Source: Terrimicrobiaceae bacterium (GTDB lineage Bacteria > Verrucomicrobiota > Verrucomicrobiia > Chthoniobacterales > Terrimicrobiaceae). From it: DNA of 64,000 nucleotides. The stretch is taken from assembly GCA_041752695.1 (NCBI GenBank), contig JBGSVZ010000102.1:1-64000 (forward strand). The letters are read 5' to 3'. Shown piece by piece: positions 48,547-57,350 of this stretch. The translations under genes and the position numbers were made by a program. Within the stretch, counting starts at the first letter, position 1, and every line of letters begins with the position of its first letter. Under the pieces are notes generated by a model. It was not told the DNA's origin, did no database searches, and saw only the letters and a list, made by a program, of their open reading frames with translations.

Positions 48547-51483
48547 TCACTCCCCTGATTTGTCTCCTGTGGGGGATGGCTGCCAGTCCCAAGCCAGAGA
48601 GAAGGCATTCTTGCTGGCGACGCGGAGCACCCTCGCCTGACCGGGCTGAAAATCCACACTCAACGGATTGATCCCACGTCCGAAGTCCTGACCATCAACC
48701 GTCCACTCCGGCAGGGCAGTTCCCGGCTTTGCGGGCGAACCTGTCTCGTCACGGAAGTGGAGGACCAACTTGCCTCCCTGCCCGGCGGGAGCCCGCAGGG
48801 GCAGGAAGAGCTGTTGCATCGCTTCGCCGGGAAAAACACCGGCGGGTGTCCGCAGCGATGGGAATTCACGATCCGATCCCGGGTCTTTTAATTTCCCCTC
48901 AATGAGGCGCTCTGTGTTCCAGTCCGGCTGGTAGATGTCCAGATTCGTTGTGGACACCGTGCGCAAACGGGCGCTGCTGCGGACACTCTCAAGCGCAAAG
49001 CCCTCTTTCGGCTCACGCAGAAGGACCACGATCTGCGACGGGGTCTGAAAGGCGATTTCATAAACGGTCTTCCCGTCAACCTGCACGGGGATGCTTTTGG
49101 CTTCTTTACCGTTGATCCACAAAGCGACGGGTGCAGAAGGTGCGTGAAGATAGACTTTGTCACCTTTGACAATTCCCCCGACTTCAGGAAGCGGGCGCAC
49201 GTCCATCCACGCGAAGGTGGTGTCGGCTACTCCATCTTCAACACCGCTTTCATAGAACGACGGCGTAATTCCAGCGCCTGGAAAAACCTCAAATGCAGGA
49301 CTAAAATACACTGAAGGCCGCTGCGCGTCAGGATCCAACACGTAGTAGCGATCCAGTTTCAATCCGCTCGGACCGTCGTTGTTGTAAAACACCCAGCCAG
49401 CAATGTTCCCGCCACCCTGATCGGCACCGGGCGCGTGGGTCACGCCATGGGCTCTCCCATAGTGGACGAACGGCTTGCCCTTGCGCATTTCAACAAACCG
49501 GGTGCCCCAGGGCATTTTCTCATAAAAAAAGACCTCACCGTTTTGCCCGAGGAAGTTGCTCAGCGCCGTGGCAGGCGCATCCACTGGAAAATTCGGACGG
49601 AGACCATGCCGCACAAAGAGCAAGGCCCGCTCGCGATCGAGCTTCGGTTCATTCATCCACTCTTTGAAGGGAACAACCTTTCCCATCAAAATATTCGGAT
49701 TTTGCAGGGCAAAGCCCGCCACCTCGGCACGCCCTTCTTGCAAATCCATCCCCAAGTGAAAGTTCTGCGCATCACCACGGGTGAAAATATCAGAGAAATG
49801 CGGGAACGCGAAAAGCGCGCCATAGGGAGAGTGGAGAGCATTTGTGACCGGGGACGGATGCTTGATACGTTGCCAACGCATATTGGGTGCCTCGCCCCAA
49901 AGAATGCCACTGGCGATGCCGAGACTGGAACCCACGGAATTCGCTTCATTCATGTGCTCCGAACCATGAATCGAACCGGGATTTTCGGCGGCGGATTTGT
50001 AAAAATAATCAGCCATGCCTTGCGGCGGGGTCATGCCATTCACCAACCCGCGCGAGTCCACTGGAGCAGGGTAGCTCTGGTCGTGGTAGATTCCATCGGC
50101 GCCATTCTCTTGAATAAATAAGCGCACACAGCCAAGAAACCACTCCTGCCACTCTTTATGGCCAAGGTGATGCTGGTCAACATATGGAACCTTGCTTCCC
50201 GCTGGATCGGCAAAGGCGGAGCGCGTGTCGGCATCATCATGGGCAGCCATGATTCGTTGAATCTCAGGATCCTTCAGTTCCTCAGCCGTGGGTTTGCCCC
50301 AGACAATCATGGGCTGGAGGTAGGCCATGAGCTTGGCACCAGATTGTTTCCAAGCGGGCATCTCTTCCTTGAAACCTTTGTAGGGAGAGTTATCCCAATG
50401 ACGGGTGTCGAAGGCCGCGGCCCGAATCACCGGGGCGAACGTGACGGTGCGGTCGAGATCCTTGCCCTCGAAGAAGGCGTCCAAAATGTCCAGCCATTGC
50501 TTTTGGGCTGCGACACCACTGTTTACGAAGGAAATATTTTTGGTCCAGTCCGCCCGGGGAGCGAACTTAACGTCCCGGGCACGCCAGTCACGAAAACGCG
50601 CGGCCGCCTGCATCCAGTTTTTGTCAAAGGCCTGAACTCGCCAGGTCACGCCCTCGGCTTTGCGCAGTTTTTCAAAGGGAGGAACGCTCATTGTTCCAAA
50701 AGACAAGGCGATGCCCCCATTGCCAGCGACCGGCATAAAAAAAAGATCTTTATAGTTGAACCCCGCATCCTCAGCCCAAATCCCGACGGCTCCTTTTCCC
50801 GAGCCATTCAGAGCGACAAAGGCATAGTCCCAAAATTCCGGCCATTTGTTTCGCCATAGGGCTGGTGCCATGTCCTCAGTGATGCGCATTCCGTCAAAAA
50901 TTGGCGCCTCCACCGAAATATCGCGGCTGGTGGGTGCAACTGTGAGGTTCACCCCATACACCCCCGTTTCGGAAGATTCCGCCCGGGGAGTGAGGAGCAA
51001 ATCGCCGGTCACGGCATCCAGCGCGATGTCCAGGAGGTAAATATCCTTGGGAAACCGCATTTTCCCGTCGGTGAGTCCGGTGTAACGCAAGGTGCCCCCA
51101 TTTTCGGAGGGTTTCCACTCGATACGGCTCTCGCTGTCGGGGTAGCGTTGATTCGGGAGCCGCAGGTCAGTCGGAAATTCTCCCCAGCCCTTGATGAGTA
51201 ACTTTCTGGCCGCCTCGAGCGCCCCGGGTCCTTCCTGTGTGCCGAGTCCGGAAGGCAAATGGGGAAGAATGGGAGCCAAAGCGGTCTCGCCTCGGAGGTA
51301 TTGCTCTCCGGAGAATTTATTTAAAAAACCAGTGAGGGAACCATCAACAATCTCTGCCTGAAATTTGTCCGTTTCAACGACGATGCCCCGGGGAGTAGGG
51401 GAAAAATTCGCAGCTTCAGTAACCTGCGGCGTAATGAGGCCAAGGGCAGTCAATGAGAAAGAAAGAAGAAGGGGCTTATACAT
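48547..51483 (-). CDS. 978-aa secreted protein, putative unclassified glycoside hydrolase
   Basis: Signal peptide; NWMQAAARFRDW, GAKLMAYL, GADGIYHDQ and GSEH resemble a TIM-barrel GH core. Confidence 0.6.
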   Translation of the reverse strand: MYKPLLLSFSLTALGLITPQVTEAANFSPTPRGIVVETDKFQAEIVDGSLTGFLNKFSGEQYLRGETALAPILPHLPSGLGTQEGPGALEAARKLLIKGWGEFPTDLRLPNQRYPDSESRIEWKPSENGGTLRYTGLTDGKMRFPKDIYLLDIALDAVTGDLLLTPRAESSETGVYGVNLTVAPTSRDISVEAPIFDGMRITEDMAPALWRNKWPEFWDYAFVALNGSGKGAVGIWAEDAGFNYKDLFFMPVAGNGGIALSFGTMSVPPFEKLRKAEGVTWRVQAFDKNWMQAAARFRDWRARDVKFAPRADWTKNISFVNSGVAAQKQWLDILDAFFEGKDLDRTVTFAPVIRAAAFDTRHWDNSPYKGFKEEMPAWKQSGAKLMAYLQPMIVWGKPTAEELKDPEIQRIMAAHDDADTRSAFADPAGSKVPYVDQHHLGHKEWQEWFLGCVRLFIQENGADGIYHDQSYPAPVDSRGLVNGMTPPQGMADYFYKSAAENPGSIHGSEHMNEANSVGSSLGIASGILWGEAPNMRWQRIKHPSPVTNALHSPYGALFAFPHFSDIFTRGDAQNFHLGMDLQEGRAEVAGFALQNPNILMGKVVPFKEWMNEPKLDRERALLFVRHGLRPNFPVDAPATALSNFLGQNGEVFFYEKMPWGTRFVEMRKGKPFVHYGRAHGVTHAPGADQGGGNIAGWVFYNNDGPSGLKLDRYYVLDPDAQRPSVYFSPAFEVFPGAGITPSFYESGVEDGVADTTFAWMDVRPLPEVGGIVKGDKVYLHAPSAPVALWINGKEAKSIPVQVDGKTVYEIAFQTPSQIVVLLREPKEGFALESVRSSARLRTVSTTNLDIYQPDWNTERLIEGKLKDPGSDREFPSLRTPAGVFPGEAMQQLFLPLRAPAGQGGKLVLHFRDETGSPAKPGTALPEWTVDGQDFGRGINPLSVDFQPGQARVLRVASKNAFSLAWDWQPSPTGDKSGE

Positions 51484-51504
51484 GGTTTAAAGTTTGCGGG
51501 TTGA

Positions 51505-53994
51505 TTACTTGGCGGATAGGGCTTTCCACTGGTCGGGGGACTTCGATTCCGATTCTCCGGAAATGTTTCGAAGAGCCTCATCCAAGGCCCCACGAATAGA
51601 ATAGACGACAACGGTTGCATAACCCCGGTCGAAGAGAGCGGCAATGGGTGCCATTGCCTGGCGGTCGCCTATTCCGCCCAAGGCCCGCACAGCTGCGAGG
51701 GAAATAAATTCATCCTTCGACTGCAGGGCCGCAATCAACTGTGGAATGGCTTGTTTAACTTTCTTCACTCCTAACACTCGAGCAGCAATCTCCGCAGTAT
51801 CACGGTTTTCCCCATTGAGCAGATTCACCGTAAGCTCAATCGCCTCCGGGTCTAGCTCCCCACGTATGCTTTCAACAGCGAAAAGCCCATACTGGCGCGT
51901 CTGTTCCAAGCGATGGTTTTCGGGAGCGCGAAAGAGTTCGTGTATGGCCTCGATGTTGCCGCTTGCTCCAAGAGCCCTCGCCGCAAACGGAGCCAACATG
52001 CCCTCCTTGGGGTTCTGAATGATGGCGAGTAATCGGGGCGCAAGCGTTGCATCCTGAGTTTCAAGTTGACCCAGGGCAAGGAGGGCGTTTTTGCGAACCA
52101 AAGGGGATGGATCATCGAGAAGGGACGTCAACGCGGGGAGGGCTGCGGGATCGCCAGTGGCCCCCAGCGCCTCCGCCACGAAATATTTCTCTCGGGTGGA
52201 ACCGGTGTGGGCGAGCGCGAGAAGATTCTTAATGTCACCTCCCACAATTCCCTTGGGAGGTCCCTCCAATCGGAGGGCTTTTTCTTCATACAGCAACTTG
52301 ACAAGCTCGTTCCCAGGATCGTCATACCACGCCAGAAAGAGAAGAGAATCTCCCTGCTGGACCTGCTTTGCGTAGGTCTCCCAATTTTGCTCCAACGCCG
52401 TGCGATTTTGCATAACGACCGCAAAAGCCTCGGGATAGACCGCCCGCACATCCGGTGGAGTTCCTCGCTGGCGGAGGTTCGGGCTCGCGTAGGGTGCTGT
52501 CACCGTGTAATCCAAGGGCATGGACCACTCGGGAATGATCAGAACATCGGGGAACTGACGATTGAGTTCCTCCATCATCGCGACCGGCAAGGTGAAGGGC
52601 ACATTCTTCATTGCCGCTTTTTGCTCGGGTGTTAGCCAATCGGCGTTGAAAATATTGCTATCCAGATAGAAGATGGTGCAGCCCCAACGCTTTTTGGCGT
52701 AGGCAATTCTCTCGGCGAGCTCGGCCACCGGGTCGGGCACTTCCTCCTGGGTCCATCCCCACTTCGAAGTTGCTTTTTTCACAAAGCGGGTCGGACGAAG
52801 CGTGAGGCCGACCTTCATTCCTGCGTCGGTGAATTTTTTGAAAAAGGCATCCGCGAACTGATCCATCTCCGGGGCCACTTCGGCGAGGACACGCGGGTCG
52901 GCCACATAGCTGATCTGGTGTGGTTTCTCCTGACCCTCCAGGTCCCAAACAATCACCCCCTGCGCGTCCATGTCCTTTAGTATTTTGACGCTGCGGTCGG
53001 CATACTCCAAGAGGGCCTTTCCAAAGGCCTCCCGGCCCTCCGGTGTCGTGACATCATTTTTCTCACGCGCTCCGAAAATGTATCCCCGAGGATTCGTCGC
53101 CCAGCCGGTGTGCGATTGAGCAATGAAGAGGGTTCCAATCGGCCGGCGATCCGGCCAATTCAGTTTAAATGGGCGTTCTTGAGCAACATGCTTCAGAACC
53201 TCCGGAGCGAGTTCCGTTGTGGTCGCATCCGGTGGGCCGAAACTCCACGAGAGGTGAAAGTTGCTGGTCTGCCCCGGTTCGATCACCCGGCGCGCTGGCT
53301 CAAGCAAACGATTCTCCACAATGGGGTGCGACGGGCGGGCAGTCACGCGCGGCGAGGCGACCAGGATCGGCGTTCCGGCTAGACCCGCCGCCGTTGGGCC
53401 TGTGTTTACAACGGAGGGGTCTTTCACGTTCCAATTTCCCAGAGCAATGGCCGCACCGCGAGCCAGAAGGATTCTTGCTCCCAGGCGTCGCTGATTGTCC
53501 ACGCCAAGACTCCCTCCTGGGTTAGCCGGCTGGTTTTCCAAGCGATTCAGCAGGTGCAACCGACCCACCATCACCTCGACCCAGTCACAAGCCTGATCCG
53601 TTTTGTTTTTCACTTCCACCCGCACATCCACGCGGTTGCCCTTCGCGGAATAGGTGCTGGTCAATGTCGCTCCCTCGTAGTCCACAACAAAACGCCCTGT
53701 AGCCTTGTCCACCTCTGAAGAAAGTTTTTTTCCAAGAAGAGACTTCGGTGCCCCGTCAATCAACCCACTCTGCATAGCGGTGATGCCCGGTTCCCCACCG
53801 GCCCAGAAATTCACCCCCTGCCAGTCCAACGACGAAACACCATTTTCGACAAACGTCAGTCGAACCGCATCGCCGTTCGCTGCCTCAGCAGGCAGGAAAC
53901 CAGCACATTGGACAATTGCAACCATGAATGCGCTGATAACAAATCTTGGGGAACGAACTTGATCACCGCACTTAAAGAGGAGGAAATTCTGCAT
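51505..53994 (-). CDS. secreted putative GH-like domain fused to HEAT/PBS-lyase repeats
   Basis: WPDRRPIG, GVIVWDLEG, FYLDSN, LIIPE; C-terminal AEALG...LDDPSPLVRKNALLALG repeats. Confidence 0.65.
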   Translation of the reverse strand: MQNFLLFKCGDQVRSPRFVISAFMVAIVQCAGFLPAEAANGDAVRLTFVENGVSSLDWQGVNFWAGGEPGITAMQSGLIDGAPKSLLGKKLSSEVDKATGRFVVDYEGATLTSTYSAKGNRVDVRVEVKNKTDQACDWVEVMVGRLHLLNRLENQPANPGGSLGVDNQRRLGARILLARGAAIALGNWNVKDPSVVNTGPTAAGLAGTPILVASPRVTARPSHPIVENRLLEPARRVIEPGQTSNFHLSWSFGPPDATTTELAPEVLKHVAQERPFKLNWPDRRPIGTLFIAQSHTGWATNPRGYIFGAREKNDVTTPEGREAFGKALLEYADRSVKILKDMDAQGVIVWDLEGQEKPHQISYVADPRVLAEVAPEMDQFADAFFKKFTDAGMKVGLTLRPTRFVKKATSKWGWTQEEVPDPVAELAERIAYAKKRWGCTIFYLDSNIFNADWLTPEQKAAMKNVPFTLPVAMMEELNRQFPDVLIIPEWSMPLDYTVTAPYASPNLRQRGTPPDVRAVYPEAFAVVMQNRTALEQNWETYAKQVQQGDSLLFLAWYDDPGNELVKLLYEEKALRLEGPPKGIVGGDIKNLLALAHTGSTREKYFVAEALGATGDPAALPALTSLLDDPSPLVRKNALLALGQLETQDATLAPRLLAIIQNPKEGMLAPFAARALGASGNIEAIHELFRAPENHRLEQTRQYGLFAVESIRGELDPEAIELTVNLLNGENRDTAEIAARVLGVKKVKQAIPQLIAALQSKDEFISLAAVRALGGIGDRQAMAPIAALFDRGYATVVVYSIRGALDEALRNISGESESKSPDQWKALSAK

Positions 53995-54203
53995 GGGAAT
54001 CAGTATTTATTCTGGATCTAATCTGTCTTGTCAAACGAATAGAAAAAGAATTTCGGCAAGGGAAGCCTCATCCATCATTGAAAATTTTAAGAAGGACAGA
54101 GCAAAAAGGAGGAAGGACTCCCGACACATGGACTTCCCCCTTTTTTGCCTCAAAGGCAAAGGAGCAGGCTCCGCAAACATCCGGCCTGCATGCTCAGTCG
54201 TTC

Positions 54204-55028
54204 CTATTGCCAGGCGCGAAAAGACACAATATCGAGAAAAATGAGATCACCCGAGATGGCTTGCACCGAAGCGGTGAGCATAATTCCCCGCAGATCGTTC
54301 AAAGTGGGAGTCGGCCGACCTTCGGAGGAAGTTTCTCCCACGGGTGGTGGAATTTGAGGAACAACTCGCTCGTCGAAAAGCGTGTCGGGTCCAACAACGG
54401 CTTTGACAGACAGTGAAAGTCCTCCGGCAGCTTCGATCAACTGCAGGGTGAGTGTGACCAATTCATCCGGCGGAATCTGACCCGCAGGTGCGGGCTTTTC
54501 ACCCACAGCGGCAGGAAGGAGAAACATGCCCCCTTCATCAGCAGAAAGCGAAAATCCGCCGAGAGAGAGATTAGTCCGAACAGAGTCGTGAACAAAAATC
54601 AGCATGGAGTTCAAGCTCATTCCGCCGACAGTTCGCCGGAATTTCAGCTCGATATTCAGCGGCTTATCCGGGTCCACGGCAGATCCCATTTCGCCGTCTT
54701 GAACAGTAAGGCTCACGCTATTATGCGTCTTGCCCTCAGCCGGCTTCGGGAGCTGGATGCGCAGAGCCCGCATCTTGGGATCCAATTGAATTGTCTCCAG
54801 CTTGACCGCCTCGGGATCGGAAAGCGACAATGCCAGCGGCTCCCGGAGCACCCCTCCCTCATTCTTGGCGGCATCTCCGAAGGCTTCGCGCGAGGCCCCG
54901 CCCTCAGGCAGATTGGCGGCATCGAAATGAAACAACCCCCTCTCCGCTTGCTCCTCGGCAAGAGCCCCTGTCAGACAGCAAAATCCTGCAAGCAGCGCAG
55001 CCAATTCTATTTTAATTAGCATTCGCAT
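54204..55028 (-). CDS. hypothetical secreted protein
   Basis: Signal peptide LAALLAGFCCLTGALA; beta-rich body. Confidence 0.7.
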   Translation of the reverse strand: MRMLIKIELAALLAGFCCLTGALAEEQAERGLFHFDAANLPEGGASREAFGDAAKNEGGVLREPLALSLSDPEAVKLETIQLDPKMRALRIQLPKPAEGKTHNSVSLTVQDGEMGSAVDPDKPLNIELKFRRTVGGMSLNSMLIFVHDSVRTNLSLGGFSLSADEGGMFLLPAAVGEKPAPAGQIPPDELVTLTLQLIEAAGGLSLSVKAVVGPDTLFDERVVPQIPPPVGETSSEGRPTPTLNDLRGIMLTASVQAISGDLIFLDIVSFRAWQ

Positions 55029-55063
55029 TTTGAAATCGTTCTCACTGAGTCTCCCGCTTTGAC

Positions 55064-55095
55064 AAGAAATAACGCCGGGACTGAAAAGTCCCGGC
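55064..55095 (-). terminator. probable intrinsic terminator after the PEP-CTERM gene
   Basis: 9-bp stem GCCGGGACT/AGTCCCGGC (55074-55095) with T-rich tail on the minus strand. Confidence 0.6.
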
Positions 55096-55154
55096 ATTTA
55101 TTTCCCCCGAAATAAAGGTTCGCAAATTGATAGGAAACTCCCGACCCGGTCAAC

Positions 55155-56516
55155 TCAGACCATCGCCCGCCGACGCCGAAGCGACATCACCACCGTCAGG
55201 CCGACTGCAAGCAGGGCAAAGGTTGAGGGTTCAGGGACAATCTGGATGATATAGTTACCAGAAGTCAGACCGTTGTCGATGACCACGATCGAGGAATCAA
55301 AACTCGCAAAAGAGCCTGTGATCGTGCCAAGGCCACCTCCGCTAAGGATGGTGTAATTGGTGTTGTATTGAAATCCTGCCAACTCAGTGAAGTCTAAATG
55401 TCCCCCCAGTGTTAGCTTAAATGTTCCGTTACCCGTACTAAGCAGTCCTGTAGTGGTCGCGGTTCCCAGCCCAACAAATAAAGAACCGTCGGCGTTGAGA
55501 ACCAAATCCGCCCGCAAAGTTACTTGACCATCATTCTGGAGATTGATGATTCCACCAGCCTGATTGATGAAATCGCCTGTGCCTGGTGTTCCGAGTGAAC
55601 CAAGATTCATGGTGCCGCCTCCCGTCCAGTTGAAGGTGCCATTGTTTGTAAAGGAGGCAAGAGTGAGGTTGCTTTGCCCAGAGGCTCTTGTGTAGTTCCA
55701 GATTCCGGAGTTGACAGCGGGGCTGGTAGTGACGTTCGAGAGCAAGTTCCCATTTGACCAGTTCACGGTCCCATTCACTCCGACGTTCAGTACGCGGGTA
55801 GTTCCAGCGGAGGAAGCAAAAAGTGTCCCGGCGCTGCTCATGTTGAAGACAGCACTTGTTCCCGCTCCACCGGAACCAATGTCAATGATCGCATTGGCTC
55901 CGCCGAAGATCCCCGAATGGGCCGCTCCAAAAAGTGCTCCTGAGCTGGCGCTATTAAAGGTGATCGACCCATTGTCGAGTTTAATCTGGCGCAACGCGGT
56001 CGTATTGCTGGAGGAACTGTAAGTAACAGAGCCGCTATTTGCTGATCCGCTGCCAACGATGAGACGAGCACCTCCGGAGCCAAAGGCCCCCGTTCCATTC
56101 ACATTCAGAGAGCCCGTTGTTCCGCTGGCTCCTACAGTGAATAGACTTCCAGCACCAAGATCTAACAGGCCTGAGGAAACACTGACAGCACCGCCTCCGT
56201 TGATGTTAGCCGCAGTGGTGATGTAGAAGTTGGAACTGACATTCAATGTCGTTGTGCCGCCACCGGCATTTGACACGTTCAGCGTTCCTAGACGCGCTCC
56301 GGTCGGGTACACTTCGGAGTTATAGGTGACTGTTTGAGCACCCACGGTGGCATTTGTCAGATTAGCCGTGTCCCCGGTTACAGGCGCGTTATTGGTGTTC
56401 CAGTTGTCACCTGTTGTCCAATTGTCATTCACTCCACCGGCATCCCAGGTGAGAATGGCTGCATGGGATGTAAAAGGCATTAGAACGGCGCTTAATACTG
56501 CGATGGTGTGTTTCAT
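55155..56516 (-). CDS. PEP-CTERM surface protein (Gly/Ser/Asn/Thr-rich beta-solenoid)
   Basis: Signal peptide, TWDAGG..NW...NW; C-terminal IVPEPSTFALLAVGLTVVMSLRRRR. Confidence 0.93.
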   Translation of the reverse strand: MKHTIAVLSAVLMPFTSHAAILTWDAGGVNDNWTTGDNWNTNNAPVTGDTANLTNATVGAQTVTYNSEVYPTGARLGTLNVSNAGGGTTTLNVSSNFYITTAANINGGGAVSVSSGLLDLGAGSLFTVGASGTTGSLNVNGTGAFGSGGARLIVGSGSANSGSVTYSSSSNTTALRQIKLDNGSITFNSASSGALFGAAHSGIFGGANAIIDIGSGGAGTSAVFNMSSAGTLFASSAGTTRVLNVGVNGTVNWSNGNLLSNVTTSPAVNSGIWNYTRASGQSNLTLASFTNNGTFNWTGGGTMNLGSLGTPGTGDFINQAGGIINLQNDGQVTLRADLVLNADGSLFVGLGTATTTGLLSTGNGTFKLTLGGHLDFTELAGFQYNTNYTILSGGGLGTITGSFASFDSSIVVIDNGLTSGNYIIQIVPEPSTFALLAVGLTVVMSLRRRRAMV

Positions 56517-56593
56517 GGCGTGGAATTTTCTGGGTGGTTTTTTTGCTGAGATTAACGAAATCTTGACCTAAACTATACTTACGCTGATTTATG

Positions 56594-57343
56594 TCAAGGG
56601 TTTTGGAAGAGAGTTTCTTCACTGGTTGCCCGATCTCCATTGAGGGCGTCGCCAGGGAGGTCGCGACAGATTCCAAGGCTTCTGAGAATAGCCGGGGCGA
56701 CAACCGTTTTGTCTCCTTCGGGGGTGGGGTGAATGCCGTCCGGCAGCAAGGAGGCGTACAGATGGGGATCGGAGGTTTTGAGGGCAAGCCAGAGGGGATG
56801 GATATCCACGAGCGGAAAGCCGCGGGCGGCGGCAACATCGCGATAGTTTTGGTGGTGCTCTTCAATTTGGCTGCGGTGGGAGGGGTGTCCTTCGGGGTGC
56901 TGATCGGCGGGACTGGTGGTCAAGAGCACAAACTCGCAATGGGGCAAGATCGCGCGGGTGCGCTCGATCATGGCTTCCAAATTGGCACGGCCCTGTTCTG
57001 GCGGACATTTAAAGCGGGTGACGCTATCATTGACCGAGAATTCGATGAAAACGAGGTCTGGACGGTGAGCAATGACACGTTCTTCAAGGTGGTCGAGGCC
57101 CCACTGCGAATATTGGCCGGATCCGCCGCTATTAATAACCTCGACCTTTTCTGGATAGCGATGGTCGAAGGTTTCACGGAGGATTTGCACCCATTGACCG
57201 GCTTCCGTGAGACTGGTGCCGTAGGCGACTATGGTGGCCCGCCCCCCACTCTCCAGTTTGCGGAGAACGTGGAGATCCCCGGCCTGAGCGCCTTCGATAG
57301 CTGCCAGGAGGGCCAGAGAAACAACCAAGGGCTTCACAGTCAC
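56594..57343 (-). CDS. SGNH/GDSL hydrolase (secreted esterase)
   Basis: YGTSLT, NSGGSG, EFSVND and DGIHP blocks. Confidence 0.9.
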   Translation of the reverse strand: MTVKPLVVSLALLAAIEGAQAGDLHVLRKLESGGRATIVAYGTSLTEAGQWVQILRETFDHRYPEKVEVINSGGSGQYSQWGLDHLEERVIAHRPDLVFIEFSVNDSVTRFKCPPEQGRANLEAMIERTRAILPHCEFVLLTTSPADQHPEGHPSHRSQIEEHHQNYRDVAAARGFPLVDIHPLWLALKTSDPHLYASLLPDGIHPTPEGDKTVVAPAILRSLGICRDLPGDALNGDRATSEETLFQNP

Positions 57344-57350
57344 TCAAAGT

